Assembly: GCA_030141605.1 (NCBI GenBank)
Contig: JAQGDQ010000461.1
Coordinates: 62,001-126,000 of the forward strand
Direction: 5' to 3'
Source of the DNA: Tubiluchus corallicola
Taxonomy: Eukaryota; Animalia; Priapulida
DNA length: 64,000 nucleotides
The notes under the pieces were generated by a model. The model saw nothing but the letters and a program-made list of their open reading frames with translations, had not been told where the DNA came from and made no database searches. Both the position numbers and the translations under genes were made by a program. This document shows positions 1-13,046 of this stretch, piece by piece; position 1 is the first letter of the stretch; every line of letters starts with the position of its first letter.

Positions 1-3000
1 TTGGATTACTATTATTACAATTTCATTTGCTTTGCAGTGAATATTATGCCATTTTCACTGTAACACCACCCAAAATTTGTCATTTATCACTTACTTTTTG
101 CAAAAAGTGATGTACAACGTGTCAAAATAAAAATTCAAAACAATTCTAAGCTAAAGTGCCATATTTAGTCAAAGCTTGGACTTCTGGGTCAGTTAGCCAG
201 AAAAGAATAAAAAAATGTAAGATTATGTATCTTTGACTGGTTTTTTATAGATGAGAAGATAGTCAATTTTAAACTGTTCAGAAGCGCCATTTCTCGATTT
301 TTCTTTTAGACCTTTTACTTTTTGTACCATAAGTGCGAGTGTGACACCAACTTCAGATAAAGGAGGTTGACTGGTTTTATGAACTTAAAAAAATGGATAC
401 ATACATACTTAGTTAATTTAACTTGCTAATTACTCGCTAAAACTGGTTTTTGTTAAAATACATGTACTTGCATTAATTTGCTTGCTTTACAGGTACTGAT
501 AAATCCCAACATTACCTATGGACGCTCTTCGAAATCTTTTGGCAATAATTTCTATAATTTCTAGCCAGCCAAATCAAGCACAGATAACAAACATCCTCAA
601 TTAAGGACTTATTGTAAACCCACTGCTTTATCCAGACTGTTTTTAAAATACTGATACTTGGAGCAAAAACAACTGTCATTTGCAAAGATGTTTGGTTACC
701 TCACACTCACTTTTATATGCGAAAACTATAGGAGTGCGTGTAAATTGATTATTCAAAGTTTATCAGTTTCAGTCAGCATTCTCTTGCATTTTTGACAATA
801 AAGATGTGGGTTTAATACTATCTAGAGGTAGCACAATGTCACAATGTTCACTTTTTGGATAACTTTGTAAATCTGAATCATGTCTCCCCTCTAATTGTCA
901 CCAATAAGCCACAAGCAGGAGATAGCAACCAATAGATGAAGTCGTTCCTCCCATGGCAAAGCAAAGCAGCAATCCATGCTGGTTAGTCATTGTCTTGCAG
1001 GAGTGGACAAGCTATAAAAAAAACTTTAGTGCGATGCCTGATGGCCTATTGTATCAACAATGGCCTCTCACTGAGTCAACTCTGACTCTGCTAACCACGA
1101 GGCACAAATCGCTGTCAAATTATAGTGTCATCGTACAATTTGACAGCAGATGGTAGAAAAACAGACCACTATTGGAAAATCAAATTATTGTTTTATAAAT
1201 ATATTACAGCAAACACTACAAAACCTAAACAGACGAAAAACAAATCCTGCAAAATATTGGATTTCATACTAAATAAGGTAGGAATTGCATTTAAAAAAAT
1301 ATTTACTACTTTGACATACAACATGTACAACTCTTCATAATAGTCATAATTGTAATGAGGGGTCACGAAAACCCTTAACTGGTTTGGCCTTTGGCTTCAT
1401 TCAAGCCAGCCCTTCCATTGTCTTGTTGCGAATTTACACATAATTACATTCTCTGGCACTATCAATCAAACAGCTCAGGCTAATCACGGTGAGATATCAG
1501 CTAGCGATATTCGTAATCTTTTAGTTTTACTAAAATTTAGTAAAAAACGTTGGTTCAGTAACTTTGGGCAAATGTTTTTAATAATCGAATCCCGATGTTG
1601 TTAGAACCTTCACCCCAGTCTAGCGTACAAGCGTGTATTTATAAAACAACACTAGAAAGGGCAGGATTTCAAAATGCGTTTGTAAAAATAAGGTAGGGGC
1701 GAACATCAATGTTCAGTAATGTTATTAGACGTTTAATTAATATTAAAATTAGCACAAAATAAGGATGATTTTAATTATTTACAAACTACAGTACAGTAAG
1801 TACACATTAATCTTACCTCAAAGTCTCAAGCAAATGTACTTCGAATGTTTTTCAAATCAACTTATCACTGAAGACAAGGCACATCTGTATAACTTTAATT
1901 CATACAAAGGCGACAACAATCCAATCCAAGTTAGTTAACACATGAAAAAAATTCGCTAATTAAAATTAATAGTATTAATACTGTCACCGCTTTTGCGATT
2001 CATGCAATCAGAAAACAGGTAATGCAACATCAGAAATTCAGGATAGATTTCTCCAGTAATAAAACTAAACACAAAATTATTTTCCAGTTACAGTGGGTAC
2101 CATTGCGCATACGCTTGCGCACTGCGGTATTAGCTAGCCAGAGCTCTGCTCTCTCTAGCTGTTGGCGCCGTCTTTTGGCCATTCTTGAACTACAGACCAA
2201 GAAATTGTTATGTTCTTCCAATTACTCATCTGTCACAGTTTTACGTCATTCACTCTCATCTCCACGGGTCACATTCTGTTCATCTTCTACCTAACTAGTT
2301 TGCCAATTTTTTGTGTGTGAACCGTGGTCCCATAGCAGCTAGTGATGTGCAACAATAATAGGCCTACCTTAAAAGTTCAGTAAAATCAATTCCATTCAGA
2401 TTATAAAAACAGAACATACAGGCTACTATAAACTATAGTTGTGTGGTAGTCAAGCTGAAAAATTGCATTTATACCAGCAGACGGATAGCTATGCAAGCAG
2501 ATATCTATGCATCTCAAAGCTGTTGTCTTTTCTTTCATAACTGCAATGCCTACAGCAGCAGTTCGGACAACAGCACCATTTATCTATCACTAATGACTTC
2601 TGAAAATGTAACTACTAAAAGAAATCCTAGAACAAAGTATCATCAGTTTTTTTATTTTGGTGAAATTTATTTTTATTATAACATGTCAACATAAAAGATA
2701 CAGAGTGCACTGCACTAAGTCCACTAAATTAAAAATGCAAACAATGAAATCATTTTGAAAAGAAAGTGATTGACACGAAATTAAGACCTAAAAACATTTT
2801 GCTTCAACTTATTAGCCTAGATCTATGGCTTTGGCACAAGATCTGTGGACATCATGCATAATACACACGCAGTGTAGCCTAGTGTATATACACAATTCAC
2901 TCATCAATGAGAAAACATTAAATCGATAAAGATAACAAAAAGAAGTGACAGACCTAACTAGTCAGATTACAAACAATTATCTAACATAACAGAACCAGTA

Positions 3001-4362
3001 CATGTATACATTGGCAGTATACAATCAAAGGTTTATTTCAGGAATTTCTATCAAGCAAAAATACTCAGTTAATGATGGTTTAAGCACAATGATCAAATTC
3101 AAATGAATTTCCTATAAAAGGCGAATGAAATTTTTTGTTATTATCAAGTTTACTTGTAGCTTTGATATCTCTGTTTCTCAACGAATATCCTATGTCTACC
3201 AAATATGATACTAATGTTACACACCATTGGCATTGGTATCTCAATCTAATGTAACTAAAAGTATGAAAGTCACCTAAATACGGCAGGTTAACTACGTAAT
3301 AATTTTTCTTCTAATGGAAGCTCAGATCACGAGGTGAAACATTTCTTAATAATGGCATAAGGGGAAAAAGACTGAAATCCAGCTTAATACATTCATTAAT
3401 CTAACATTCTCAAAGGTTAAGAATTATAAATGAATGATAAATGAACAAAAGAAAGTCAGAATGGTAAATTAAGGCTTGACACATATTGGCAGGCAAACAC
3501 AGTCACTGATTAATTACTAGCATGGTAAAAGCCAAACAAAATTCCAAATGCATGAAAACTCAAGAAAAATTTCAACAACAGCTTTATCCCAAGAAATCTG
3601 AATGAATTCAGTTCCAAATCCACAAGTGTAATGCCGTGACCGTGTTTACATCTGACTGTAACTGGTCAAATGTGGTAAACTCATATCAATACTTGTAGAT
3701 TACTACGCTCACTACGCTATGACTAACTAGTGTGCATGTGACTAATTTGGTGATTTCGTGACTCTGTATACAATAATTTTTGAGTTATCCGGTGTTTTGA
3801 GGGATTAAGCCATTTGCCCTAATTTTCACATTTTGGTTCTTGTCTCGGACCAAAAATTTTGAGGATTTTTATTTATATTATCTATACCTTTGTCTGAGCC
3901 CTTACTTCAGGTGTGTCCACACTGCAAGTTCCGTGACTCTTGTTACAATAGTTTTAGAGTTACTCAATGTTATGCATTTTGGTTCCTACTTCAAGTCCTT
4001 AAAATATCTCAGCTTTTTTAAAACTCCTAAAATAAAACTCAGAGACTCAAACACTTATGAAAAAAAAACTTTGAATTTAACTCAATTTGTAAGAGTAGTT
4101 GAAAGGCAATCGAAAAACTGACTGATATCTAGTGTCCTTGACACTGCGAAAGAGGTCACCGCTCACCACACCATTTTCGAGGCTTCTACCTCAGGTATCT
4201 ACCCTGCATGTTCGTTTTCAGATGAACATTAATTAAAAAGTGGAAACTAGATGGCTTATGTGCTGAAATGATGAAAAATCAGCATCAGAGGTTCTCCTAG
4301 ATCTGTGATGTTAGCACTTAGTAAATTTCAAGATTGACAAAATAATCTATTGTTCAGTACAA

Positions 4363-6317
4363 CTAAACACCAAATTTCTTCACTTCTAATGGTGGAGGCA
4401 GGTACCTTGCTAGTGCATCGGGTGTTTGCTCAACTGCTATCAACCAATCAGGATGCAGCATTCCCACATGAACCAGATACTTGTATCTTTTGCAGATGAG
4501 TCTGTCCATAACCTTTTCAGAATCACGTTTTTCCTTTGAAATAGCTTCTTTCTGGTCAATAATTTGTATTCTGGAATCATCGTGCAGTATGATTTGATCA
4601 TTATTATTAAGATTATACATTACATTGATTATAATTCCCAGTTCGTCTAAAAGTTCAGACTGAGATATAGCTTTGCCATAGTCACGTGACCAGTCAGTAT
4701 ACATGTTCTCAGAGAGAGAGTACTCCACAATGTTTTTATCAGAATACACGACCAACAAAATTGGTTGTTCGGGATGAAAACACAAACTTGTGACTGCAAA
4801 TTCATATGTTGGCAATGAGCACACTAAACTAAATGCAATCACGTCATACACAATAACTGTTGCAGGATGATATGATACAGCAAGATATTGGCCAGACCTG
4901 GAGGCAGCTAGATGACTAACACCTTTGCTAGGAGAAAGGAATGAGTGCAGAATCGTAGGTTTCTCCTCATCGATATGTAAGATTTGCACAGCACCATTTA
5001 TTCCAGCCACAGCTAATTTGTCATTGCTAATAAAAAGAACATGGTGTGCTGGACACAATCCTGCAGGCAAATATCTTACTCGCTGTATAGTCAATGGTTT
5101 ATCCTCTTCAAGACGAAGATGGTACAAATGAATGGCAGTAGCATGTGAATATATTAACCATTCACCATTACTAGATATGTGTGAGCAAACAACATGGTCC
5201 CGATCGCGCGCCTTAAGTTGTAGAAGTTTTACTGGTTCTTTAGAAAGTTTAAGTTTGGCACCATTCTCACCTGTATCATACTGTGTGCTGCCTAAACGCC
5301 ACAGTTCCATGTAATCTGCATACTGCAACATTATTATGCTAGCCATTTCTGCAACATGGATGGCATTCCGTGGCAGGTAAGGTAGTTTAATATAAGTTTT
5401 TGGTGGATACTTGCTAAGTCCTAGATAGGAATCAACTCCTCCAGAAACCAAAAGATCACCAGCTAAACAAAGTGCTTTAACATCATGTGTATGAAAAATA
5501 CGCGGCATAGATTTTACCCAGGTGTGCTTTGAGCCTTTTTTAACTAACTCAAATTGTGCTATCACAGGCTCTATTCCTGCACTAAATAACTTGTTTTGAT
5601 CTTTTGATAAACACAAACTGAAGATGTCAGCTTTATTTGCTTTAAAGCAAGCCAATAAGGTTCCCTGAAGTCCGTTAAAAAATGAAACATTACCACACGA
5701 ATCACCCACAATTATGGTGAAATCATTTGTAACAAGAACACTCCATGCAAGATTCTCTTGTGATTTTACAGTTCGTGTGAGAGTTATTCGATCGGTCATG
5801 TGGCCAGTTTGAACATTCCAAATTCGGACACTATCTGCAGAACCAGATACAATGTGTTCATCTGTCGGGTGCCAAGCTAAACATAGCACACGCCCATCTT
5901 GACGATCAAGCGACCTGAGATACTCCACACCCTCTTCACCAACCCCAAACAATGTAATAGAGCCATCATCAGAGCCAGTCGCTAATACGTCCTTCAGGTT
6001 ACTTGCCGTCATGCACCAAATGGCTCCGCCTGTAGCAATATGTGTCGTCTTTGGAGCTAAAATATCCAAATCATATTCAGTGATGTTACCATCCATACCA
6101 GAAGAAAACAACCTGTTGCCAATCCACGTAAGTGATTCTACACTCTTTTCGCCACCTTTTCTCTCAGAAACACATCATTCTTGTAGCTCCAGATTTCTAT
6201 AGAGTTATCAGTTCTGCCAACTGCTAACATCTTCCATTTGTTTTCGCAAGCTAAAGCATGAATTGCTGGAGGCTCGTAGTTGAAAAATCTAACTCTATGG
6301 ACTCTAAATTGACTCAT
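4363..6317 (-). CDS. UTP4: U3 snoRNA-associated protein 4 (UTP4/cirhin), WD40 SSU processome t-UTP component; intronless, with an apparent 1-nt frameshift near 6157-6167
   Basis: ATG at 6317 reads MSQFRVHRVRFFNYEPPAIHALA...LAVGRTDNSIEIW (typical UTP4 N-terminus) but stops at TAG 6140-6138. The 582-aa WD40 ORF (4363-6111, extendable to about 6174) is in another frame and ends ...LPPPLEVKKFGV, a typical UTP4 C-terminus. Splice acceptor TTTCAG| lies just 5' of the ATG (exon starts 6382). Confidence 0.9.
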
Positions 6318-8869
6318 GCTGAATCCCTCTTAAGTTAACTGCATTGCTTTGAAATTTTAATGACAAAAACATCCAACAAGATCTGAAATATTAAAAACTA
6401 TATAAGTAAAAACATAGCACTGATTTGTTGACTTTGTTAATTTACAAAAAAACTATTACTAGCCACTGGCGGCCAGTAAATGCAGTCGTAACTTACTGAC
6501 CCTTCCAAAACATAGGCATTTTTGAAATGTCAAACACTCATATAGCAAGACAAACTACAAGTGCAGTTAACCCTCCCTACAACGGACTAATTCGGAGGGG
6601 AGAAGTCTGTTATAATCAGAGGGACACACCCACAAAATACATCTTGTTGAAAGAAAGAAGCCAGCGAGTGGAAATGCTTATAACACAAGTAGGTTAATTA
6701 GGCAGCTAGAGCAAGTGTGCTTGGGATAAGACTGTGGAAGGTAGAACGTTACACTAATAGAAAAAACAAAGAAATAATTTAGAAGCTCATTTCATTTAAT
6801 TATAGTAGTGCTTTCCACAAATCAGTTAACAGCTAATCAGCCTAGCAGCAGAAATAAATTTAAAGCATTTAGCTGTTTTATTTAACTTAAAATATCTTAG
6901 ATCATACAGATAAATGAGGAATAGGTCCTGCAATGTACGTTTCTTTAAGTAAACACATGCTGTACATATAATAAAAGGTGCAGAGCATTAAAGCTGTGGC
7001 GATTTAAGCTTGAAGCTCATGCAGAACTCCAGTCCACTCTCTGTAACTTGTATTTCTGTATAAATTTTGTGCCTATTTCAATTGAAACCTTTGACACTCT
7101 TGATAACTCTAATCCGTAAGCCATAAGGCATCTTCCATCTTCCGTAAGGCTCGTGTCCTAATCTGCTGTATGTGCCTTGCTCTGTATAACTACCAAGGCA
7201 TTTTGCCGTAATCCATTTTTTGGCGGAAGACACAAAACTACATATTTTAATATAATAGATACTATAGTTTGATAGTTAATATAATTTTATTCATTACTGA
7301 ATACATTGTATAATATGGTTGACAGGTATGCTGCCTCTTGCATGCATGTAGTATACATTTCTTATGTGCATTGTAGTAATACAGCAGTCGTAAACAAGTA
7401 TTGCAAGTGTTAAAAATGCTTTTTAATGCTTATAGTACGTCAATGTTATGATATAAATGAATTTTGTATAGGAAAGAGCTTATTTACACTAATTATCACA
7501 TTAGCGATAAACAAAACCGCCTTATGGCAAACGAGATTAATGAACAAATTCATTTCGCCATGAGGCGCGTTATGAGGCTCAAAACAGCTTGTGATGATGG
7601 CTTACAGTAAGCTTACGGTTGGCGGAAGACGACAAATAGATTATCTGTGTGACAGGGACCATTGGTTAGCAGATGTTCATTTTTCATGAGGCAGCTTTTC
7701 TCCTTACAACTTATGCCTTATGTCCAGCTGCGTCTGACATAGGAAGACGTATCCAGCTTAACGCAGGAGAGGTTAGGTCATCACGTTTTTTGTTCCAAAG
7801 TTTATCTATTGCTCTGCAAACAGATAATGCAAAAAGTGAGATGGGAATAATCTCCTCTTCTGAAAAACTAGAAGAGATTATGAGCCTTTTACACTAACAG
7901 TACTTTTTTTCTTTTTTGGAGTGGAACTGCTGCCTCATTTTTAGGTCCGTTACAGATATTTTGATTTGTGTTGCAGTGTACATTGTGATCATATTGGCTG
8001 GTTAACGGAAAAATTTCATTTCACACATATTAGCTACAATCACAGTATGATGTTATGTTAGTAGGTAGGTGATACAAGCTGTCTTAGCTTATGTCCTTAT
8101 GATAAGTGAAATACTACAATCTTTTGAAACATGTTAGTTTTTGTAACTACAAAGAGTAGATACTTGTTTTTTGCTGATGAAATTTCACAAAAATCACAAA
8201 ATGTCATGTAATTCTGAAATATGGAAAACAACAAATTTTATATTTGTGAGAATGCATAACAAAACCCTCCATAGGGCGCTAGGTATCAATTTTTAGTTAT
8301 ATACATACTCTCCTGTTCATGCTGATCATTTTGGTACCAGCTTCAGCTCTCTACGTTGTTTCTGAGCAAAAATATTGGCATTTATAGTGAGCAGATGGCA
8401 AAAAATCAAAACTAAAATTGGGAGAAAATGGCTTTCAGAGTTTGTGCTACAATTTTCAGTAAATTTACATAGCAATTGAGGAAGGTGTTGGTTGCTATGG
8501 GGTTTGGGAGAGTACTATTAAGTATAATTTTCTTTCTGGCAGTTTGTATGCAAGTATAGCCAGTGTACTTCTTTTTGATGAATTTTGAGTACCCTTGTTA
8601 TTTACCTGTGCTACCTGTGTTAATTTAATTAAAGGTAAGTTATAGTAATTAATTTTATCACACGAGAGTTTAAAATTTGTTTATGTTACTAATTTTATGT
8701 TTGTTTTCATGTCTTTTTAAAAGAACATATGAACAAATATACCAGCATAGTATCTTTGCAGTGTTTGTGTTTGCCAGCTAAAGAAAATTAATTACAGGTG
8801 AGACAATTAAAAGCATTGGTCTATACTGCTAAAAAATGAAAGAAAAACTTGTTAAATTAACTATGTCCA

Positions 8870-9230
8870 TCGTATATATTAATTTCGACGAGGGCACCAC
8901 TTTCGATGATTCATATGTTAAATGAAAGGTCCCCACCCATAGGTTTGTACCTGGGGGTTTATTTTTCGAATCGGGTTTACCGGGAGGAATAAGCGGCGAA
9001 AAATATCAAAAAACGGCCATTTTTAGCAAAACTTATACCTCTTATTTCTGGAGAACAGGAATGTGCCTGGCATGGTGCCAGTAATGGTTCAATAGCCCGT
9101 TCAAAGGTGGATGTTTTAGTCATATTTAGAATTCGGGGGAGGGCCGCGGCGCCCCGTGGCGGGCGTTTTCTCGGACCCAACCATGCAAATTTTGCAGAAA
9201 ACTGCTCAAACAGCCTCTAGAAAAACTAGA
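8870..9230 (+). mobile_element. Related copy of the Helitron family seen at 40718-41565 (3' end not found)
   Basis: A|TCGTATATATT start; shared blocks CGACGAGGGCACCA, GAAAGGTC, TTTATTTTTCGAAT, CATATTTAGAATTC, GGGCGTTT..CGGACCCAA. Confidence 0.7.
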
Positions 9231-9699
9231 TTTGTGCAACTGTTTGGGCATGCTGGGAAAAAATAAGCACACTCGCAGAAAGAGAATAAAATGGTCTTCA
9301 AAATTTTGAAAGATAAAGATCTGTTGGGAGAGAGGTCCACTAGATGGAACAGGAAGGGTGTATTTCAAAGTTCTTTTTCACCCTCCCTAAGCTGCACACT
9401 ACTTGGAACATGCATTGTCTTTGAGTTTGAGAAATTTCGTGGCTGTTCCAGGCATTGTTGTCAGCCGCCGTTCTACAGTGTTATAGATTATACATGTATG
9501 ATCTGTTATCTTACTATCATCTGAGAAGCAGCAAACATAACTATGTGGAATGTCCGCCCATTATTGATCATTGGTAAACAGACTAAGAGCATTTATTATA
9601 GCACGCAGTTTCGACTTTGTGAAAAATGTTTGGAATGGTTTTGTTGTGATACTGTGCTGTTGGTGCTGGTGCTATGGGTGTCGTCATCGTTGCCACCAA

Positions 9700-9950
9700 T
9701 ATCATCATCATCAACATCATGATTACCATGTGAGATGGTGGATTTGATGGTGTGTGGGTGTTGTGGTTTGGTGGTATGTTGTGTTTTGTGTGGGCATTGT
9801 GGTGCAGTATGTTTTTTGTGGGTGTTGAGATTAACCTTAACCCTACCCAATAACCCTAACCTTAGCCAAAATTAATTACAATGACTTTTTTCCTAGCCAA
9901 AATTGCGACTTTTTTCCATGACTTTGTTCCTATGACTTAACAACCTGGCA
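9700..9950. repeat. GT-rich low-complexity tract followed by degenerate (TAACCC)n and GACTTTTT repeats
   Basis: TTAACCTTAACCCTACCCAATAACCCTAACCTTAG at about 9831-9865; repeated (T/C)GACTTT at 9882-9938. Confidence 0.55.
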
Positions 9951-10490
9951 GATAAACCTATATTAACAATCAAAGCCTTCAAGATGTAGTGTACGGAATG
10001 AAAGGTAAAAAGGTAAATAGGAAACTCTAAAAACAATGAGCTAATTCCACTAAACACTCAAAAATGTATAAGCATAGAGTTAATGATTGGAATAATCTGC
10101 CACATGAGTAGTTGAGGCTCCATCGATAAATGCCTTCACGTCTGGTTTGGCCTAAATTTGTCTAAATTTTACAGTGATAGCCAATACCAGTACACTTAAA
10201 ATTAATCTGCATAAGCTTTGAACTGCTCCCCAGGTGAGTTTAATACATATATAAGCATAAATACAAATACCATGTAATTTTAGGCATTATTACTAGTATT
10301 ACTATTAATACTAGTATTACTATTAGTAATATTACTAGAATGCCACAAAAGTTCAATTTTGTTGGTGGAAGGTACATGCAGACCGCGGGTGAGGGGTTGA
10401 CCATTGAAGAGGGGGTAGACGCTAAAATTACGTTTACCTAGAGCGTCAAACGACCTGGAGCCTGCCCAGCAGCCATTACTTAGTTTTACT

Positions 10491-11226
10491 GGCGCTATTA
10501 CACTTTCGCACCGCCTAGCTTTTTCTAGGTTATTGCTCGTTTTTAGGCTCGTAAGTCATCATTCTATTATTCTTACGTCATCAGTGAATGTTTCCGCTAA
10601 TCTAATTGTAATTTAATAATATATTTAGGTATAATTACCAATAATTACGCTGTATTCACAGTTCTACACCTATACAGGGCGTATCGCCATCTTGTTTGTG
10701 TGTGTAGTCACGTGACGAATTTCGTACTAGTTTATGCATTATCAGGGCCTAGCTTAAAAGGCACGTGACACACTTTCATCTTCACCGCATTTACGAAATA
10801 AAGAAAAAACTTTTACTTTTTTTATAATCTAATAGTAATAATACTGCAGTAATAAATAAAATTAATGATAAATAACTGCAGTGGTCTAAAATAATTTCCC
10901 GCGATACGATACAAACTACCGTAGCTGCAACCCTAATAATCATAAATTATGCGAAGAAACTAAAAATACAGGTTAAGGGTCACATACGTCACTGCGCGAG
11001 AGCGATTGCGCATCAGTGGTGTAAACACGGTTATTCACGTGCAGCTTTTAATGGCGGCTGTAGGTAAGTAATGCATGATTTTAATCTGGACTTATAAAGC
11101 GCAAGAAGCAATAATATTATGGGAATCTGGTGTATATTACGCCTGTTGGTCTGCTTTCTGGCCTGCAGGCGTGAAAACAACCAATAGGCCAGGAAAAGCT
11201 AGGCGGTGCGAAAGTGTAATAGCGCC
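10491..11226. mobile_element. MITE with 33-bp perfect TIRs and 8-bp TSD (Merlin-like)
   Basis: TIR GGCGCTATTACACTTTCGCACCGCCTAGCTTTT at both ends; TSD GTTTTACT (10483-10490, 11227-11234). GG termini with an 8-bp TSD fit the Merlin superfamily (inference). Confidence 0.88.
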
Positions 11227-11869
11227 GTTTTACTTTTATCGCCCTGCATCACATTAATACAAAAAGATTTTAAGCGCGGAACTGAAATAAACCTTACCAG
11301 CGACTGGCACCACCTCTGATATTTTTATAAGCCCATTTCGTGTGTTTTAAACGTAAAATACATATTGTAGACCTAAACTCGCTAAAGTAAAATAAATTTA
11401 CCCTCAAATCAAGCAAATTCATAAGCCTAAAAGCCCAAATCTTCCAAAAATTAGTGAAATTTGAAAGCGACTGTTTCAATGCTATTTTATTACCAGGCGG
11501 TTGCACGCAAACATAAAGTTGCACCCATGGGAAGACAAATTAACAATAATAATATTTCCGACTTACGGATAATTCAATCTTACAAGTGGATAGGCCAAAT
11601 ACTGAAAATTATTTTTTTTTGATGCTGAAATTCCAGGCAGGTTACACGACGTGTAGAATCAACCCGATTCCTTATGCTTTGTTCCAACAAACCTTTCTGC
11701 TGCGGTAGATAGTCTAGCGTGTAATTTACCTGCAGCTGGTCAAGACATCTAAGAAGTTTGCTGCCTGCGTTTCTTGCTATGGCGACGGTTTTCATTAGAG
11801 GTTCGTGGCGAATAGCATTTCTTATAAGCTTTGCCCATGTTTTCTGCTGCCTAGACTGTAGCCAAACTA

Positions 11870-13046
11870 AAGGAGTTGGGTATCATACTGTTTGCATACT
11901 GGATATAGATATGATCGTTGGTCACTGATACAACAAACTGGAACAACTGGAACAACAAAAATTAAATAAGATAAACAACAGGACACAGAAAAAATACTCA
12001 AAAACTGGAACCAGTTCCCCTTTGAACATGTATTAAACAAATATGCAAAATGGGCCCGAGGTGTTCGATCTACTGCCTCAAATAGCCTGCAAAGCAGAAC
12101 TAGGACTGTTTCCAATCCTACTAAAAGCTACAAAAATGACCTTTAAATATGGCCTTTCAGTTCCTTGCAAACCAAGAAATACACTTCTCAAACATCTCTT
12201 TGTACATCTAGACACCCCCAGCAACTTTTCTCCCAACTGGGTCTTCTTTGACAAACACGGAGAAATAGAAAACCTGTATAAAAGAGGTTGGTTTAATAAA
12301 AAATCCAAAGAATTTCAGAAGAATATAGAAGCAGGCTACAAAAGGCTATTTTTTAAAGAAATATTTATTGACAACAGAAAACTAAGAGGAAAGAACACGT
12401 TAAGGTTTTACAGAAACATGAAACACACATACCATGTAGAGCCATACCTTCAAACTGTAACTAATAAGCAACACAGATGTAACGTAACAAAACTCAGAAT
12501 AAGTGATCATGACCTACAAATTGAAAAAGGCACATATATAAACCAAAAAGAAAATGAAAGACTCTGTTCCTTCTGTGTCAGTAGTAGAGATAACATACAA
12601 AACCCAATGGAGGATGAACGTCACTTCGTGTTTGAATGCCCCGCATATAAAGAAATCAGACAAAAATGCGAAAATTCGTTATAATTTTACTTTTTTAAAG
12701 GGTTCGGTTTTTTCCATATTTTAGATATTTTGCTCCAACAATAAGTCTGACCTTAACAATTTTGGTAGCTTTAACAGTGAATGCACGCTCTGTAGATCAA
12801 ACAAAACTCTCTATACCACAGACAAACAATAATGAGAAATGCTGGTTGAATTATGCTAATATTATTTTGTAATATATTATTATGTAAATATCTGTAAGGT
12901 TTTAATATTATTAGTCTTTGTTAATTATTAATTAAACTTCTCTCTTTGTTTTCATGTGTTAATTTATTGAAAGTACTTTGTGTAATAGTTATAATAAATC
13001 ATAGCCCATATTCTAATATTATTTTTTCTCACATATTTGAGCGAAT
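11870..13046 (+). mobile_element. 3' fragment of a non-LTR retrotransposon (RTEX/L2-group-like C-terminus)
   Basis: ORF 12043-12684 contains EPYL...TKLRISDHDLQIEKG.Y...RLC..C...EDERHFVFECP.Y, the post-RT Zn-knuckle region; it ends in AATAAA plus a TGAAT-repeat tail at about 13024-13046. Confidence 0.8.

Noticed and set aside
1111-1147. Hairpin GCTGTCAAATT...AATTTGACAGC
   Set aside because: An isolated 11-bp stem with no supporting context; not assignable to an ncRNA.
2030-2294. GC-richer, coding-like stretch (VEDEQNVTRGDESE*...RRRQQLERAELWLA) on minus
   Set aside because: Two in-frame stops and no recognisable family; probably decayed TE sequence.
4925-5314. Short plus-strand ORFs opposite UTP4 (and similar ones opposite KYNU, the LINE and the coiled-coil exons)
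   Set aside because: Antisense shadows of real coding sequence; most other 60-125 aa ORFs in the track lie in repeats or AT-rich introns.
6564-7980. Possible Tigger-like element (CAGTTAACCCTCCCTACAACG start)
   Set aside because: No convincing matching terminus or transposase remnant.
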